From positions 421 to 64,420 of the forward strand of contig DASTKT010000096.1 of assembly GCA_035715725.1 (NCBI GenBank): a stretch of DNA of 64,000 nt. The letters run 5' to 3'. The stretch comes from Longimicrobiales bacterium. Lineage in GTDB: Bacteria > Gemmatimonadota > Gemmatimonadetes > Longimicrobiales > RSA9. The position numbers and the translations under genes were made by a program. Under the pieces are notes generated by a model that saw only the letters and a list, made by a program, of their open reading frames with translations, had not been told where the DNA came from and searched no databases. Positions 27,736 to 36,800 of this stretch are shown here, one piece after another. Position 1 is the first letter of the stretch. The number at the start of each line of letters is the position of its first letter.

Positions 27736-28418
27736 GCGGCGCGTACCTCTACTGCATCGCGCCGGCGGGCGTCGTTCCGCCGGGCGGCCTGGTCGGGCTG
27801 GAGGATGCGCCGGTCCGCGTGGCGTCGTTCGGGACGTTCACGGCGTGGTATTCCGAGCTGGACGCGCGGCCCGAGCCGAGCATCGAGCGAATTCGCCGCC
27901 ACAACCAGGTGGTCGAGGCCGCGCTCACGGAGGAGGCGACGCCGGTACCGGCCCGCTTCGGGCAGTGGTTCACGGCACCGGCGGCGCTCGAGGAGAAGCT
28001 GCGCGAGGGCGCTGCCGTGCACGAGGAATCGTTGCGGCGCGTGGCCGGCGCGGTCGAATTCGGGCTGCGCGTGGCGGAGCTCGCGGCGCCGCCGGCGAGC
28101 GCTCCGGCGGCCGTTCCCGAGGCGACGACGGGCCGCGCGTACCTCGAGGCGTTGGCTGCGCGCGCGGCCGCGGACCGCTCGCGGGAAGAACGTGGCCGGG
28201 AGATTGCAACGCGCATTGCCTCCGTTCTCGGTCCTGCCGTGCGTCAGGAGCGCGTCGAGAGCGCGCAGTCACGTCACGAGGTGGTACGCATTGCGCACCT
28301 CGTCGCCCGACGGGACGTCGAGCCGTACCGCGCCGGCGTGGCGGAGGTGCGGCGCCGCTACCCGGAACTGCGGTTCTTGCTGAGCGGCCCCTGGCCGCCC
28401 TACTCCTTCGCGGCATGA
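27732..28418 (+). CDS. Gas vesicle protein GvpL/GvpF family (copy 3)
   Basis: 228 aa. ATGA overlap. N-terminus MSGAYLYCIAP, internal HNQVVEAAL...PARFG, C-terminus LSGPWPPYSF. Confidence 0.75.
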   Translation: MSGAYLYCIAPAGVVPPGGLVGLEDAPVRVASFGTFTAWYSELDARPEPSIERIRRHNQVVEAALTEEATPVPARFGQWFTAPAALEEKLREGAAVHEESLRRVAGAVEFGLRVAELAAPPASAPAAVPEATTGRAYLEALAARAAADRSREERGREIATRIASVLGPAVRQERVESAQSRHEVVRIAHLVARRDVEPYRAGVAEVRRRYPELRFLLSGPWPPYSFAA

Positions 28419-28777
28419 GTGGTGAGCGGGAGCGCGCGGCGGATGCGGCTCGCGTCGAGGCGGATGATCCCGGCCTCTTCGCAGCCGAGCTGAAGGACCT
28501 CGCGCCGGCATTGCCCAGCCGGATCGAGGCCCGATCCGACAACATCGAAGCGGGTCTCGCGAAGCTGGTCCTTACGCTTCTCGAGTTCGTCCGACAGATT
28601 CTGGAGCACCAGGCGGTGCGGCGGATGGAAGGCGGCACGCTGTCGGACGCCGAGATCGAGGAGGTCGGTCTCGCGCTGCTGAAGCTGAAGGAACGGCTGG
28701 TCGAGATCGAAGACGTGTTCGGCTTGAGCAGGGAGGATCTGAACATCGACCTCGGCCCGCTCGGACGACTCCTCTGA
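28415..28777 (+). CDS. gvpK: Gas vesicle protein GvpK
   Basis: Internal ATG of track ORF 27845..28777 (ATGA overlap). GLAKLVLTLLEFVRQILEHQAVRRMEGGTLSDAEIEEVGLALLKLKERL matches the GvpK pattern. Confidence 0.8.
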   Translation: MSGERERAADAARVEADDPGLFAAELKDLAPALPSRIEARSDNIEAGLAKLVLTLLEFVRQILEHQAVRRMEGGTLSDAEIEEVGLALLKLKERLVEIEDVFGLSREDLNIDLGPLGRLL

Positions 28778-28792
28778 CCGAAAGCGAACCGC

Positions 28793-29104
28793 TTGGCTGA
28801 GCGCTACGACCTGGGCCCGCATCGCTCGCAGGGCCTCGTGGACATCCTGGACCGGATCCTGGACAAGGGGCTGGTGATCGCGGGGGACATCCGCGTCCAC
28901 CTGGCCAACGTCGAGCTGCTGACGATCCAGATCCGGCTCCTGGTGTGTTCGGTCGACAAGGCCGACGAGATCGGGCTGAACTGGTGGCGGTCCGATCCGT
29001 ACTTCAGCGGGCGACGCGACGTCGCACAGCTCGAATCGATCGACGACCGGCTGGGGCGGCTGGAGGCGAAGCTGGCCGCTCTCGAGCCACGGCCGGCGGA
29101 GTAG
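28793..29104 (+). CDS. gvpJ: Gas vesicle protein GvpJ (GvpA family with C-terminal extension)
   Basis: 103 aa with a TTG start. GLVDILDRILDKGLVIAGDIRVHLANVELLTIQIRLLVCSVDKA is a GvpA/J core, followed by a coiled-coil-like tail. Confidence 0.8.
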   Translation: MAERYDLGPHRSQGLVDILDRILDKGLVIAGDIRVHLANVELLTIQIRLLVCSVDKADEIGLNWWRSDPYFSGRRDVAQLESIDDRLGRLEAKLAALEPRPAE

Positions 29105-29137
29105 GACTCACCCTCTCTCGAGCGACGGAGACCCGTT

Positions 29138-29434
29138 ATGGCGGTGGAAAGGGCACCGGCTGGTACCAGCCTGATCGACGTTCTGGACCGGGTGTTGGAC
29201 AAAGGGATCGTCATCGACGCGTACGTCCGCGTCTCGTTGGTGGGGATCGACCTGGTCAGCGTCGAGGCCCGAATCGTCGTCGCATCCGTGGAGACGTACC
29301 TGAAGTACGCGGAGGCGATCGGCATGACGGGTGTGGCGTCCCGGCCGCTCGTCGCTCCCCCAGGACAGCCGGACCTGGAGCGGGTCATGGCCGAGAACGT
29401 CGAGCTCCGGCGGCGCCTCGAAGAGTTGAGCTGA
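29138..29434 (+). CDS. gvpA: Major gas vesicle structural protein GvpA (with ~30-aa C-terminal extension)
   Basis: 98 aa. [52 protein letters not shown] is near-canonical GvpA. GGAG lies 8 nt upstream of the ATG. Confidence 0.9.
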   Translation: MAVERAPAGTSLIDVLDRVLDKGIVIDAYVRVSLVGIDLVSVEARIVVASVETYLKYAEAIGMTGVASRPLVAPPGQPDLERVMAENVELRRRLEELS

Positions 29435-29435
29435 C

Positions 29436-31592
29436 GTGTCCGTGGGATCCCGTTCCCTGGAGGCGCTGACCGCGGACCTCCTGGAGCGGCTCGCCCAGGT
29501 CGACGAGGTCCTCCCGGCATGCTCGCTCGTCCTGGAGCGAGTGGCCGCGGAGGCAGGGGTCGGCCGGGCACTGGCGCTCGTGCGCGTCGAAGACTCGGTC
29601 CGCGGGGTGGGCGTCGGGGTGGCGGACGAGCGCGTCGGCGCCATCGCGGCGTCGGCCCGGCTGGGCGAAGGGCCGTTCGCCGACTGCCTGCGGGGAGCCC
29701 AGCCCACGCCGCTCCCCGACGCCGTCGAGCTCGTCGGCTTCGGCGGCGTCGCCGTGCCGTTCCGCGGGGTGGGCGACAAGCCGCTCGGCTGCGCATTTTT
29801 CGAGCTGGACTGCGTGGATGACCGCGTGGACGTGCTCGCGGGCCTCCTTCGGCGGTGTGGGCCGGCCATCGGCCGTTGCGCGCAGCTCGAGGCCACCCGC
29901 GGCCGCCTTACCCGCATGGCGCGCCAGCGCGATCTCCTCACGGGCATCGTCGACGCGCTCCCCGACCCGGTCCTCCTGACCAGCGCCGACAACTCGATCC
30001 TGCTGGCCAATCGGCGCGCGGAGCGGCTCTTCTCCTTCTCCACCGAGGACAACGACGGCCGCCGGCGCGCGATCCAGATCAACACGTTGCTCTTCAGCTC
30101 GTTCCTGACCCGCGCGGTCATCGGCCAGGGCGGGGAGCCGGCGGGACGCGAGTTGAACCTGGTGGATCCGACGGACGGCTCCGACCTGGTGTTCGAGGTG
30201 CTGTCCTATCCGCTGCCGCCGAGCACCGCGCCGGCGGACTCCGTCCTGTCCATCCTGCGCGACATCACCGACCTGAAGCGGGCCGTCACGCAGCTGGAGG
30301 ACCAATTCCGGCGCTCCCGCATCGCGGAGCACCAGGCCCGCCGGGAGCGCGACCAGCTCGACGCCATCCTCGAGAACGTCAGCGACCCGATCCTGGTCAC
30401 GGACGAGCAGTCGAACATCATCCTCATGAACCCGGAAGCGGACCGCCTGTTCGTGGTGCCGTCCGACGGCGAGGCGAATTCCCCGGCCAGCCGCGCGGTC
30501 CAGGCGAACGACACCCGGTTCACGACGCACATCAGCGATTTCCTGCTGCGGGACGAGGCGCGCCGCGTGGTGAAGCTGACGATCACGGATCCCGATACGG
30601 GGAACGAGATCCCGGTGGAGGTCGCCAGCAGCAAGATCCTGGACTCGCGCGGTGAGCCGCGTGCGATCGTGAGCATCGTGCACGATCTGGCGCAGCTCGT
30701 GGAGAACGAGCGGCTGGCGGGGGAGCTCGGCCAGCTGAACGCGGAGCTCGAGAGCCGAATCCGGCGGGCGACGGTGGACCTCGAAGAGCGCAACCGTCGC
30801 CTGGAGTGGCAGAGCTACGAGCTGGAGCGGGCCTACCGGCTCAAGAGCGAGTTCCTGGCGAGCATGTCCCACGAGCTGCGCACGCCGATCAACGTGATCC
30901 TCGGCTACACGTCGCTGGCGCGCGAGCGGATCTACGGCGAGCTGACGCTCGAGCAGGACGAGGCGCTCGGTAAGGTCTACGGCACGTCGCAGCACCTGCT
31001 GGAGCTGATCAACGACATCCTGGACCTGTCGAAGATCGAGGCGGGCAAGATGCCGGTCCACCTCGAGGTCGTCAGCATCGACGAGATCGTCCAGGAGCTG
31101 TCGGAGACGGTCAAGCCGATGCTGGCGAGAAAGGTGCTGGACTACGAGGCGTCGGTCGAGTCGGGGCTGCCGCCGCTCCTGACGGACCGGACCAAGCTGA
31201 AGCAGATCCTGCTGAACCTGTTGTCGAACGCCATCAAGTTCACGCACGAGGGGAAGATCCGCGTCGAGGCGCGCGGTGGCCTCGGCGACCGGATCCAGCT
31301 CGTGGTCGAGGATACCGGGATCGGCATCCGGGCCGATCATCTCGAGCTCATCTTCGAGGACTTCCGGCAGGTGGACCAATCCCGCACCCGGGAGTACGGC
31401 GGGACCGGGCTCGGCCTGTCCATCACGAAGAAGCTGCTCACGCTCCTCGGCGGGGTCATCTCCGTCGAAAGCGAGTACGGCCAGGGCTCCCGCTTCACGG
31501 TCGAGCTGCCGCTTCGGACGGAGGCCGGCTCCCTCGAGGACCAGGTCCGTCGCGCCGTCGTGGAGGCCGACCGCGCCGTCGTGAAGCCGTAG
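29436..31592 (+). CDS. Cytoplasmic sensor histidine kinase (GAF-like N-domain, two PAS-like domains, HisKA, HATPase)
   Basis: 718 aa. The GTG start lies 1 nt after the gvpA TGA. H-box SMSHELRTPINVILGY, N-box LLSNAIKFT, G-boxes DTGIGI and GTGLGLSITK. No TM segment and no adjacent response regulator. Confidence 0.85.
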   Translation: MSVGSRSLEALTADLLERLAQVDEVLPACSLVLERVAAEAGVGRALALVRVEDSVRGVGVGVADERVGAIAASARLGEGPFADCLRGAQPTPLPDAVELVGFGGVAVPFRGVGDKPLGCAFFELDCVDDRVDVLAGLLRRCGPAIGRCAQLEATRGRLTRMARQRDLLTGIVDALPDPVLLTSADNSILLANRRAERLFSFSTEDNDGRRRAIQINTLLFSSFLTRAVIGQGGEPAGRELNLVDPTDGSDLVFEVLSYPLPPSTAPADSVLSILRDITDLKRAVTQLEDQFRRSRIAEHQARRERDQLDAILENVSDPILVTDEQSNIILMNPEADRLFVVPSDGEANSPASRAVQANDTRFTTHISDFLLRDEARRVVKLTITDPDTGNEIPVEVASSKILDSRGEPRAIVSIVHDLAQLVENERLAGELGQLNAELESRIRRATVDLEERNRRLEWQSYELERAYRLKSEFLASMSHELRTPINVILGYTSLARERIYGELTLEQDEALGKVYGTSQHLLELINDILDLSKIEAGKMPVHLEVVSIDEIVQELSETVKPMLARKVLDYEASVESGLPPLLTDRTKLKQILLNLLSNAIKFTHEGKIRVEARGGLGDRIQLVVEDTGIGIRADHLELIFEDFRQVDQSRTREYGGTGLGLSITKKLLTLLGGVISVESEYGQGSRFTVELPLRTEAGSLEDQVRRAVVEADRAVVKP

Positions 31593-31631
31593 CAGGACGT
31601 CGGCTCGCGCCGGTCCGCGAGGAAGGGTTCC

Positions 31632-32768
31632 ATGCGTCCCCGGATCTCGGTCGCCCTCACGGCACTCGTCCTCCTCTTCTTCCTGCAGGCCCATCGTGAT
31701 TTTGCCGCGCTGCTCGTCGGCGGCGCCGCGGTCCCGCCCGCGGCGCGGAGCGCGGCCCTGTTGTCTCTGGTGCTGCTGTTCCTGCCGCTCCTGCCCTTCA
31801 CCCTGCGTTGGAGTCGAACCTGGCTCGTCGTCGCGACCGCCGTGACCGCGACCGCCGCCCGCCTCGCCCTCGCCGCCGCCGCGCCGCGCCCGGCGCTGCA
31901 GGCGCCGCTCGCCGCGCTGACGATGGCCGCCGGTGCCCTCTACCTCGGCGTCGGCGTCGGACTCCTCCCTCGTCGCAGCATCGCCGGCGGCGCCGCGCTG
32001 GCCGTGTTCCTCGACGTGGCGACGCGCTGGGCCGACGCGGCCGGAGCGGGGACCGGGAGTCCCGCGATCGGGCTGGGCCTCACGCTCGCCGCACTCCTCG
32101 CCACGCTGGCGTGGGTGACCCCGCGCGCCGGTGCCCAGACCGAGGAGGCCAGCCTGGAGCGGCGCGCCGGCGGGCTCCGGAGCCGGGGCGCCGTCGCCTT
32201 TGGCGTCATCGTCTTCCTCGAGAGTGCCGTGCTCGCCAGCCCCGACGTCGGTGCGGCCGTGACGGGGAGTTCGTTTTCCGACGTGGCGGTGGCGATGGCC
32301 GTCGTCGCCCTCGGCGCCGGGCTCTGGCTGCTGGGCGGCGGTGGGCCGACGCGCCTGTACCGCCCGCGCCTTCTCCTCATGGGGGGCACGGCGGCGGGCG
32401 CCGCCGCGCTGGCCGAGTCCGTCGGCGGAATGGCGGCCGGGGCGTTGCTCCTGGTCGGCCACGCGTGCGCGCTCCTGCTGCTCGGCCGCGCGCTGGCGCC
32501 GGCGAGCGGGCGGCGGGAGGCCTCCACCGTCGTGGCCGGCCTGAGCGTGCTGATCCTGCTCGACGGCGCGCTCGCGCTCTCCATGAGCCGCGGCGGCGGT
32601 CTCGAGGCCTGGCTGGTCTTCGTCCTCGCCGGCGTCCTCCTCACCGCCGCGCTCTTGCTCATCCCGCGCCCCCAGCCCGCGCCGCCCCTGCTCCCGCGGG
32701 CGATGGGGCAAGCCGCGCTCGGCGCCTCCCTGGTGACGGCGGTCCTGCTGCTCGTCCTCCGCCATTGA
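31632..32768 (+). CDS. Hypothetical polytopic membrane protein (about 10 hydrophobic segments; no family recognised)
   Basis: 378-aa Ala/Leu-rich ORF. GGAAGGG lies upstream of the ATG. Starts 39 nt after the kinase stop. Confidence 0.6.
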   Translation: MRPRISVALTALVLLFFLQAHRDFAALLVGGAAVPPAARSAALLSLVLLFLPLLPFTLRWSRTWLVVATAVTATAARLALAAAAPRPALQAPLAALTMAAGALYLGVGVGLLPRRSIAGGAALAVFLDVATRWADAAGAGTGSPAIGLGLTLAALLATLAWVTPRAGAQTEEASLERRAGGLRSRGAVAFGVIVFLESAVLASPDVGAAVTGSSFSDVAVAMAVVALGAGLWLLGGGGPTRLYRPRLLLMGGTAAGAAALAESVGGMAAGALLLVGHACALLLLGRALAPASGRREASTVVAGLSVLILLDGALALSMSRGGGLEAWLVFVLAGVLLTAALLLIPRPQPAPPLLPRAMGQAALGASLVTAVLLLVLRH

Positions 32769-32841
32769 GCCGCGGGGCCCGGCGGGCACGGCGCCGCCGA
32801 TCCGGTGGCTCCAGGAGGGCCGTGTCGATGCGGCGAGACGC

Positions 32842-32878
32842 AAGACGGCCGCGGCGGGACTCCCGCCGCGGCCGTCTT
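32842..32878. terminator. Perfect 17-bp hairpin (3-nt loop) between convergent genes
   Basis: aagacggccgcggcggg act cccgccgcggccgtctt read directly. Only a short T-rich tail (cttatt). Confidence 0.55.
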
Positions 32879-32901
32879 ATTCCGCGCTTCCGCGCTGTCG
32901 G

Positions 32902-34473
32902 TCAGTCGCCGAGCCGATCGCTCGTGGCCAGGCGCCGTTCCCCTCTCATGGCCTGCACGCGGCTGTGCTGCCGGCCGTAGAAGAAGTAGAGCGCCATGCC
33001 GATCACCAGCCAGATGATGAGGCGCAGCCAGGTGTCGAACGGGAGGGCGACCATCATCAGCAGCGAGACCGCGATCCCCATGATCGGCACGAACGGCACC
33101 GCCGGCGTGCGGAACGGGCGCGGCAGATCCGGCCGCGTCCTGCGCAGCACCCAGATCCCGGCGCACACGATCACGAACGCCAGCAGCGTTCCGATGCTCA
33201 CGAGCTCGCCGAGGATCGAGATCGGGATGAGCGCCGCGAAGATCGCCACGAAGATGCCGACGAAGATCGACGACACCCACGGGGTGCGGAAGCGCGGATG
33301 GATCGCGCTCGCCCAGCGCGGCAGCAGCCCGTCGTGCGACATCGAGTAGAAGATGCGGGACTGGCCGAGGAGCATCACGACCATCGTGCTGCTCAGGCCC
33401 GCGATCGCCCCGAGCTTGACCAGGAAGCTCCCCCAGGCCACACCCGTCTTGTCGATGCCGATCGCGATCGGGTCGGGCACGCCCAGCTGCGTGTACTTGA
33501 GCAGCCCGGTGAGCACGCCGGCGACGAGGATGTAGAGGATCGTGCAGATGACGAGCGAGCCCAGGATCCCGACGGGCATGTCCTTCTGCGGGTTCTTCGC
33601 CTCCTGCGCGGCCGTGGAGACCGCGTCGAAGCCAATGTAGGCGAAGAAGATGACGCCGGCCGCGCGGGCCACGCCGGACCAGCCGTACTTCCCGAACCCG
33701 CCCTCGTTCGGCGGCAGGAAGGGAGTCCAGTTCGACTTCGCCTCCGGCATGTGCTGCATGAGGTAGTAGCCGCCGAGCCCGATGAAGACCAGCAGCACGC
33801 ACACCTTCACGATCACGATGAAGGAGTTGAAGTTCGCCGACTCCTTGATGCCGATCACCAGGATCGTCGTCACGAGCGCGATCCCGAAAAATGCCACCAG
33901 GTTGAAGATGCCGGTCTGGTGCGGCAGCGTCGCGGGGTCGATCCCGGCCGCCTGCAGCGACGGAGCGATCCGGGAGAGCAGCTCCCACTTGCCGTTGTGG
34001 AGCACCCATTCCGTTCCGGGCGTGCCGGCGAGCTTCGGCGGGATGCGGATGCCGAAGTCCTGAAGGAAGCTCACGACGTAGCCGCTCCAGCCCGAGGCCA
34101 CGGTGGCAGCGCCGAAGGCGTACTCCAGGATCAGGTCCCAGCCGATGATCCAGGCGAAGATCTCGCCCAGCGTGGCGTAGCCGTACGTGTACGCCGAGCC
34201 CGCCACCGGGATCATGGCGGCGAACTCTGCGTAACAGAGCCCCGCGAAGACGCAGGCGATGGCCGCCAGCACGAACGAGAGGACGATCGCCGGGCCGGCG
34301 TAGTTGGCGGCCGCGGCCCCGGTCAGCACGAAGATCCCCGTGCCGATGATGGCGCCGATCCCGAGGGAGATCAGGTTGGTGGCGCCGAGCGCGCGTCGCA
34401 GGCTGTGAGCGCCCTCTTCGCCCGCCTCCGTCATGATGGTGTCGATCGGCTTCGTCGCGAGAAGGTCTGCCAT
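32902..34473 (-). CDS. Amino acid permease (APC superfamily, cationic amino acid transporter-like)
   Basis: Track ORF 32902..34518. I prefer the ATG at 34473 (AGGAG upstream). Contains LRRALGATNLISLGIGAIIGTGIFVLTG and multiple TM segments. Confidence 0.9.
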   Translation of the reverse strand: MADLLATKPIDTIMTEAGEEGAHSLRRALGATNLISLGIGAIIGTGIFVLTGAAAANYAGPAIVLSFVLAAIACVFAGLCYAEFAAMIPVAGSAYTYGYATLGEIFAWIIGWDLILEYAFGAATVASGWSGYVVSFLQDFGIRIPPKLAGTPGTEWVLHNGKWELLSRIAPSLQAAGIDPATLPHQTGIFNLVAFFGIALVTTILVIGIKESANFNSFIVIVKVCVLLVFIGLGGYYLMQHMPEAKSNWTPFLPPNEGGFGKYGWSGVARAAGVIFFAYIGFDAVSTAAQEAKNPQKDMPVGILGSLVICTILYILVAGVLTGLLKYTQLGVPDPIAIGIDKTGVAWGSFLVKLGAIAGLSSTMVVMLLGQSRIFYSMSHDGLLPRWASAIHPRFRTPWVSSIFVGIFVAIFAALIPISILGELVSIGTLLAFVIVCAGIWVLRRTRPDLPRPFRTPAVPFVPIMGIAVSLLMMVALPFDTWLRLIIWLVIGMALYFFYGRQHSRVQAMRGERRLATSDRLGD

Positions 34474-34740
34474 TCCGCTCTCCTGTGCTGGAGATCTCCG
34501 GCGCGCCGGCCTCGGCACGGGGCCACCGGACCCGAGTTCATTCCCCCGCCCGCCTCGGCGCGGCGCGGGTCACCGCGTGTCGCACCCGGGATCCGCCGAC
34601 CAGCCCGAAACCCACGCGACGCCCTGGCGTCCGGGGCCGGATCGGACCCGCACGCCGGAAGGCGTGCCCGGGTTGTGAATGGTGTGGCAGAAGGCGTAGA
34701 AGTTGGCCTCCGGAGCCATGCTCCGCAAGAGCGGTTCGCG

Positions 34741-36693
34741 CTAGAGCTCGATGTGCGCCCCGAGCTCGACCACCCGATTCGGCGGGATCCGGAAGTAATC
34801 CGTCGCGCTCCTCGCGTTCCTCGACATGAGCGCGAAGAGGCGCTTGCGCCAGCGCGCCATGCCCGGCCGCTTCGTGGTCAGCAGCGTCTCGCGGCCGAGG
34901 TAGAACGTGGTCGTGCCGAGCTTGAACGTCAGTCCGCCCTGCCCGGCCGCCGCGGCCAGGACGTCCGGGATGTTCGGGTCTTCCATGAAGCCGTACCGGG
35001 CGACCACGCGGAAGATTCCCTCGCCGAGCGCCTCCACGGAGAGCCAGTCCTCCTGCGGCACTACCGGGATCTCCTCCGTCACCACCGACAGCAGCACCAC
35101 CTGTTCGTGCAGCACCTTGTTGTGCTTCAGGTGGTGCAGCATGACCGGCGGCACACCGTCCGCGTTGCGAGTCATGAACACCGCGAGTCCCGGCACCCGG
35201 ACCGGATGCCGCTCCGCGATGTCGTGCAGGAAGATGTCGAGCGGCAGGCTCCGCATCCCGAAGCTCTCCGCCAGAAGGCTGCGGCCTCGCTTCCAGGTCG
35301 CCATCAACGTGAACACGACGGCGGCGACGGCCAGCGGGAACCAGCCGCCGTCGCTGACCTTGATGATGTTCGCGCCGAAGAAGGACAGATCCATGAAGAG
35401 GAAGAACGTCGTGAGCAGCCCGGCCACCACCCCCTTCCACCGCCACAGCTCCCGCTCGACGACGAACAGCAGGATGGTGGTGATCACCATCGTCGTCGTG
35501 ACGGCGACGCCGTACGCCGCGGCCAGGTTCGTCGACGAGCCGAAGCCGAGGACGAGCCCGATACACGCCACCATGAGCACCCAGTTGATCCCCGGAATGT
35601 AGATTTGCCCGATCTCCCGCTCGCTCGTGTGGTCCACCTCGACGCGCGGCGAGTACCCGAGCTGTACCGCCTGCCGCGTCAACGAGAAGGCGCCCGAGAT
35701 CACGGCCTGGGATGCGATGATGGCCGCGGCCGTGGCCAGCCCCACGAGCGGGAGCAGCGCCCAGGTGGGCGCCAGGCGGAAGAAGGGGTTCTCGGCGGCG
35801 TCCGGAGCGCGCATGAGCAGCGCGCCCTGGCCGAAGTAGTTGATGAGCAGCGCCGGCAGGACCATCCCGAACCAGGCGAGGCGGATCGGCCGGCGGCCGA
35901 AATGTCCCATGTCCGCGTATAGCGCCTCGCCGCCGGTCACGACCAGGAAGACGTCGCCGAGCACCAGGAAGCCGGCCAGGCGGTTCCGCACGAAGAACTC
36001 CACCGCGTAGTACGGATTGATCCCCGCCAGCACGCCGGGTGCGCGCATGATGGCCGCCACGCCCAACAGCGCGATGACGACGAACCATACCGTCATCACC
36101 GGGCCGAAGACGGCGCCGATGCCCGCGGTCCCGCGCCGCTGCACCACGAACAGCAGGACCAGGATCGCGATCGTGATCGGGATGACGTATGGCTGGAAGA
36201 ACGGCGTGGCGATGTTGAGCCCCTCCACGGCGCTCAGCACCGTGATCGCCGGCGTGATCATGCCGTCGCCGTAGAGGAGCGCCGCGCCGAAAAGGCCGAG
36301 GGCCATCAGGAAGAGGTGCCCGCCCCGTCCGCGCACGGTGTGCCGCCGCGGGCCGAGCAGCGCCATCAGGGCGAGGATCCCACCCTCGCCCCGGTTGTCC
36401 GCGCGCATCACGATCAGCAGGTATTTGACCGTGATGATCAGGACGAGGGCCCAGAAGATGAGCGAGAGAACGCCGAGGACGTTGTCCGGCGTCGTCGCCA
36501 CCCGGTGCGTCCCGTGGAACGCCTCGCGCACGGCGTAGAGCGGGCTGGTCCCGATGTCGCCGTATACGACGCCCAGCGCGCCGAGGGCGAGGAATGCCAG
36601 GTAGCGGCCTCGCGGCGCGGCTCCGTGGCCATGTGCTTCGGACAACGTACTGTTCCTAGCTCCCAGGTGCGACGACCGTCGAGCGCACGACAC
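34741..36693 (-). CDS. kup: Potassium transporter Kup (KUP/HAK/KT family)
   Basis: 650 aa. Contains LALGALGVVYGDIGTSPLYAVREAF. The start is uncertain: GTG at 36693, or TTG at 36645 which has AGGA 8 nt upstream. Confidence 0.9.
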   Translation of the reverse strand: MSCARRSSHLGARNSTLSEAHGHGAAPRGRYLAFLALGALGVVYGDIGTSPLYAVREAFHGTHRVATTPDNVLGVLSLIFWALVLIITVKYLLIVMRADNRGEGGILALMALLGPRRHTVRGRGGHLFLMALGLFGAALLYGDGMITPAITVLSAVEGLNIATPFFQPYVIPITIAILVLLFVVQRRGTAGIGAVFGPVMTVWFVVIALLGVAAIMRAPGVLAGINPYYAVEFFVRNRLAGFLVLGDVFLVVTGGEALYADMGHFGRRPIRLAWFGMVLPALLINYFGQGALLMRAPDAAENPFFRLAPTWALLPLVGLATAAAIIASQAVISGAFSLTRQAVQLGYSPRVEVDHTSEREIGQIYIPGINWVLMVACIGLVLGFGSSTNLAAAYGVAVTTTMVITTILLFVVERELWRWKGVVAGLLTTFFLFMDLSFFGANIIKVSDGGWFPLAVAAVVFTLMATWKRGRSLLAESFGMRSLPLDIFLHDIAERHPVRVPGLAVFMTRNADGVPPVMLHHLKHNKVLHEQVVLLSVVTEEIPVVPQEDWLSVEALGEGIFRVVARYGFMEDPNIPDVLAAAAGQGGLTFKLGTTTFYLGRETLLTTKRPGMARWRKRLFALMSRNARSATDYFRIPPNRVVELGAHIEL

Positions 36694-36800
36694 CCGACAA
36701 TGGGCTCGATCCGTGTGCGAGATCGCTGCTGTGATACGACGGGGGGTGCGCTCCTGTCAATCCGCGCCGAGCGGCGGAGCATGCCGGCGGGCCCGGCGGC

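Noticed and set aside
29385-35922. Long shadow ORFs 29385..32843 (-, 1152 aa) and 32965..35922 (+, 985 aa)
   Set aside because: They are antisense to a well-supported histidine kinase and membrane protein, and to the permease and Kup transporters. Composition is dominated by R/A/G/P/D/E/H. They have no SD or family signature.
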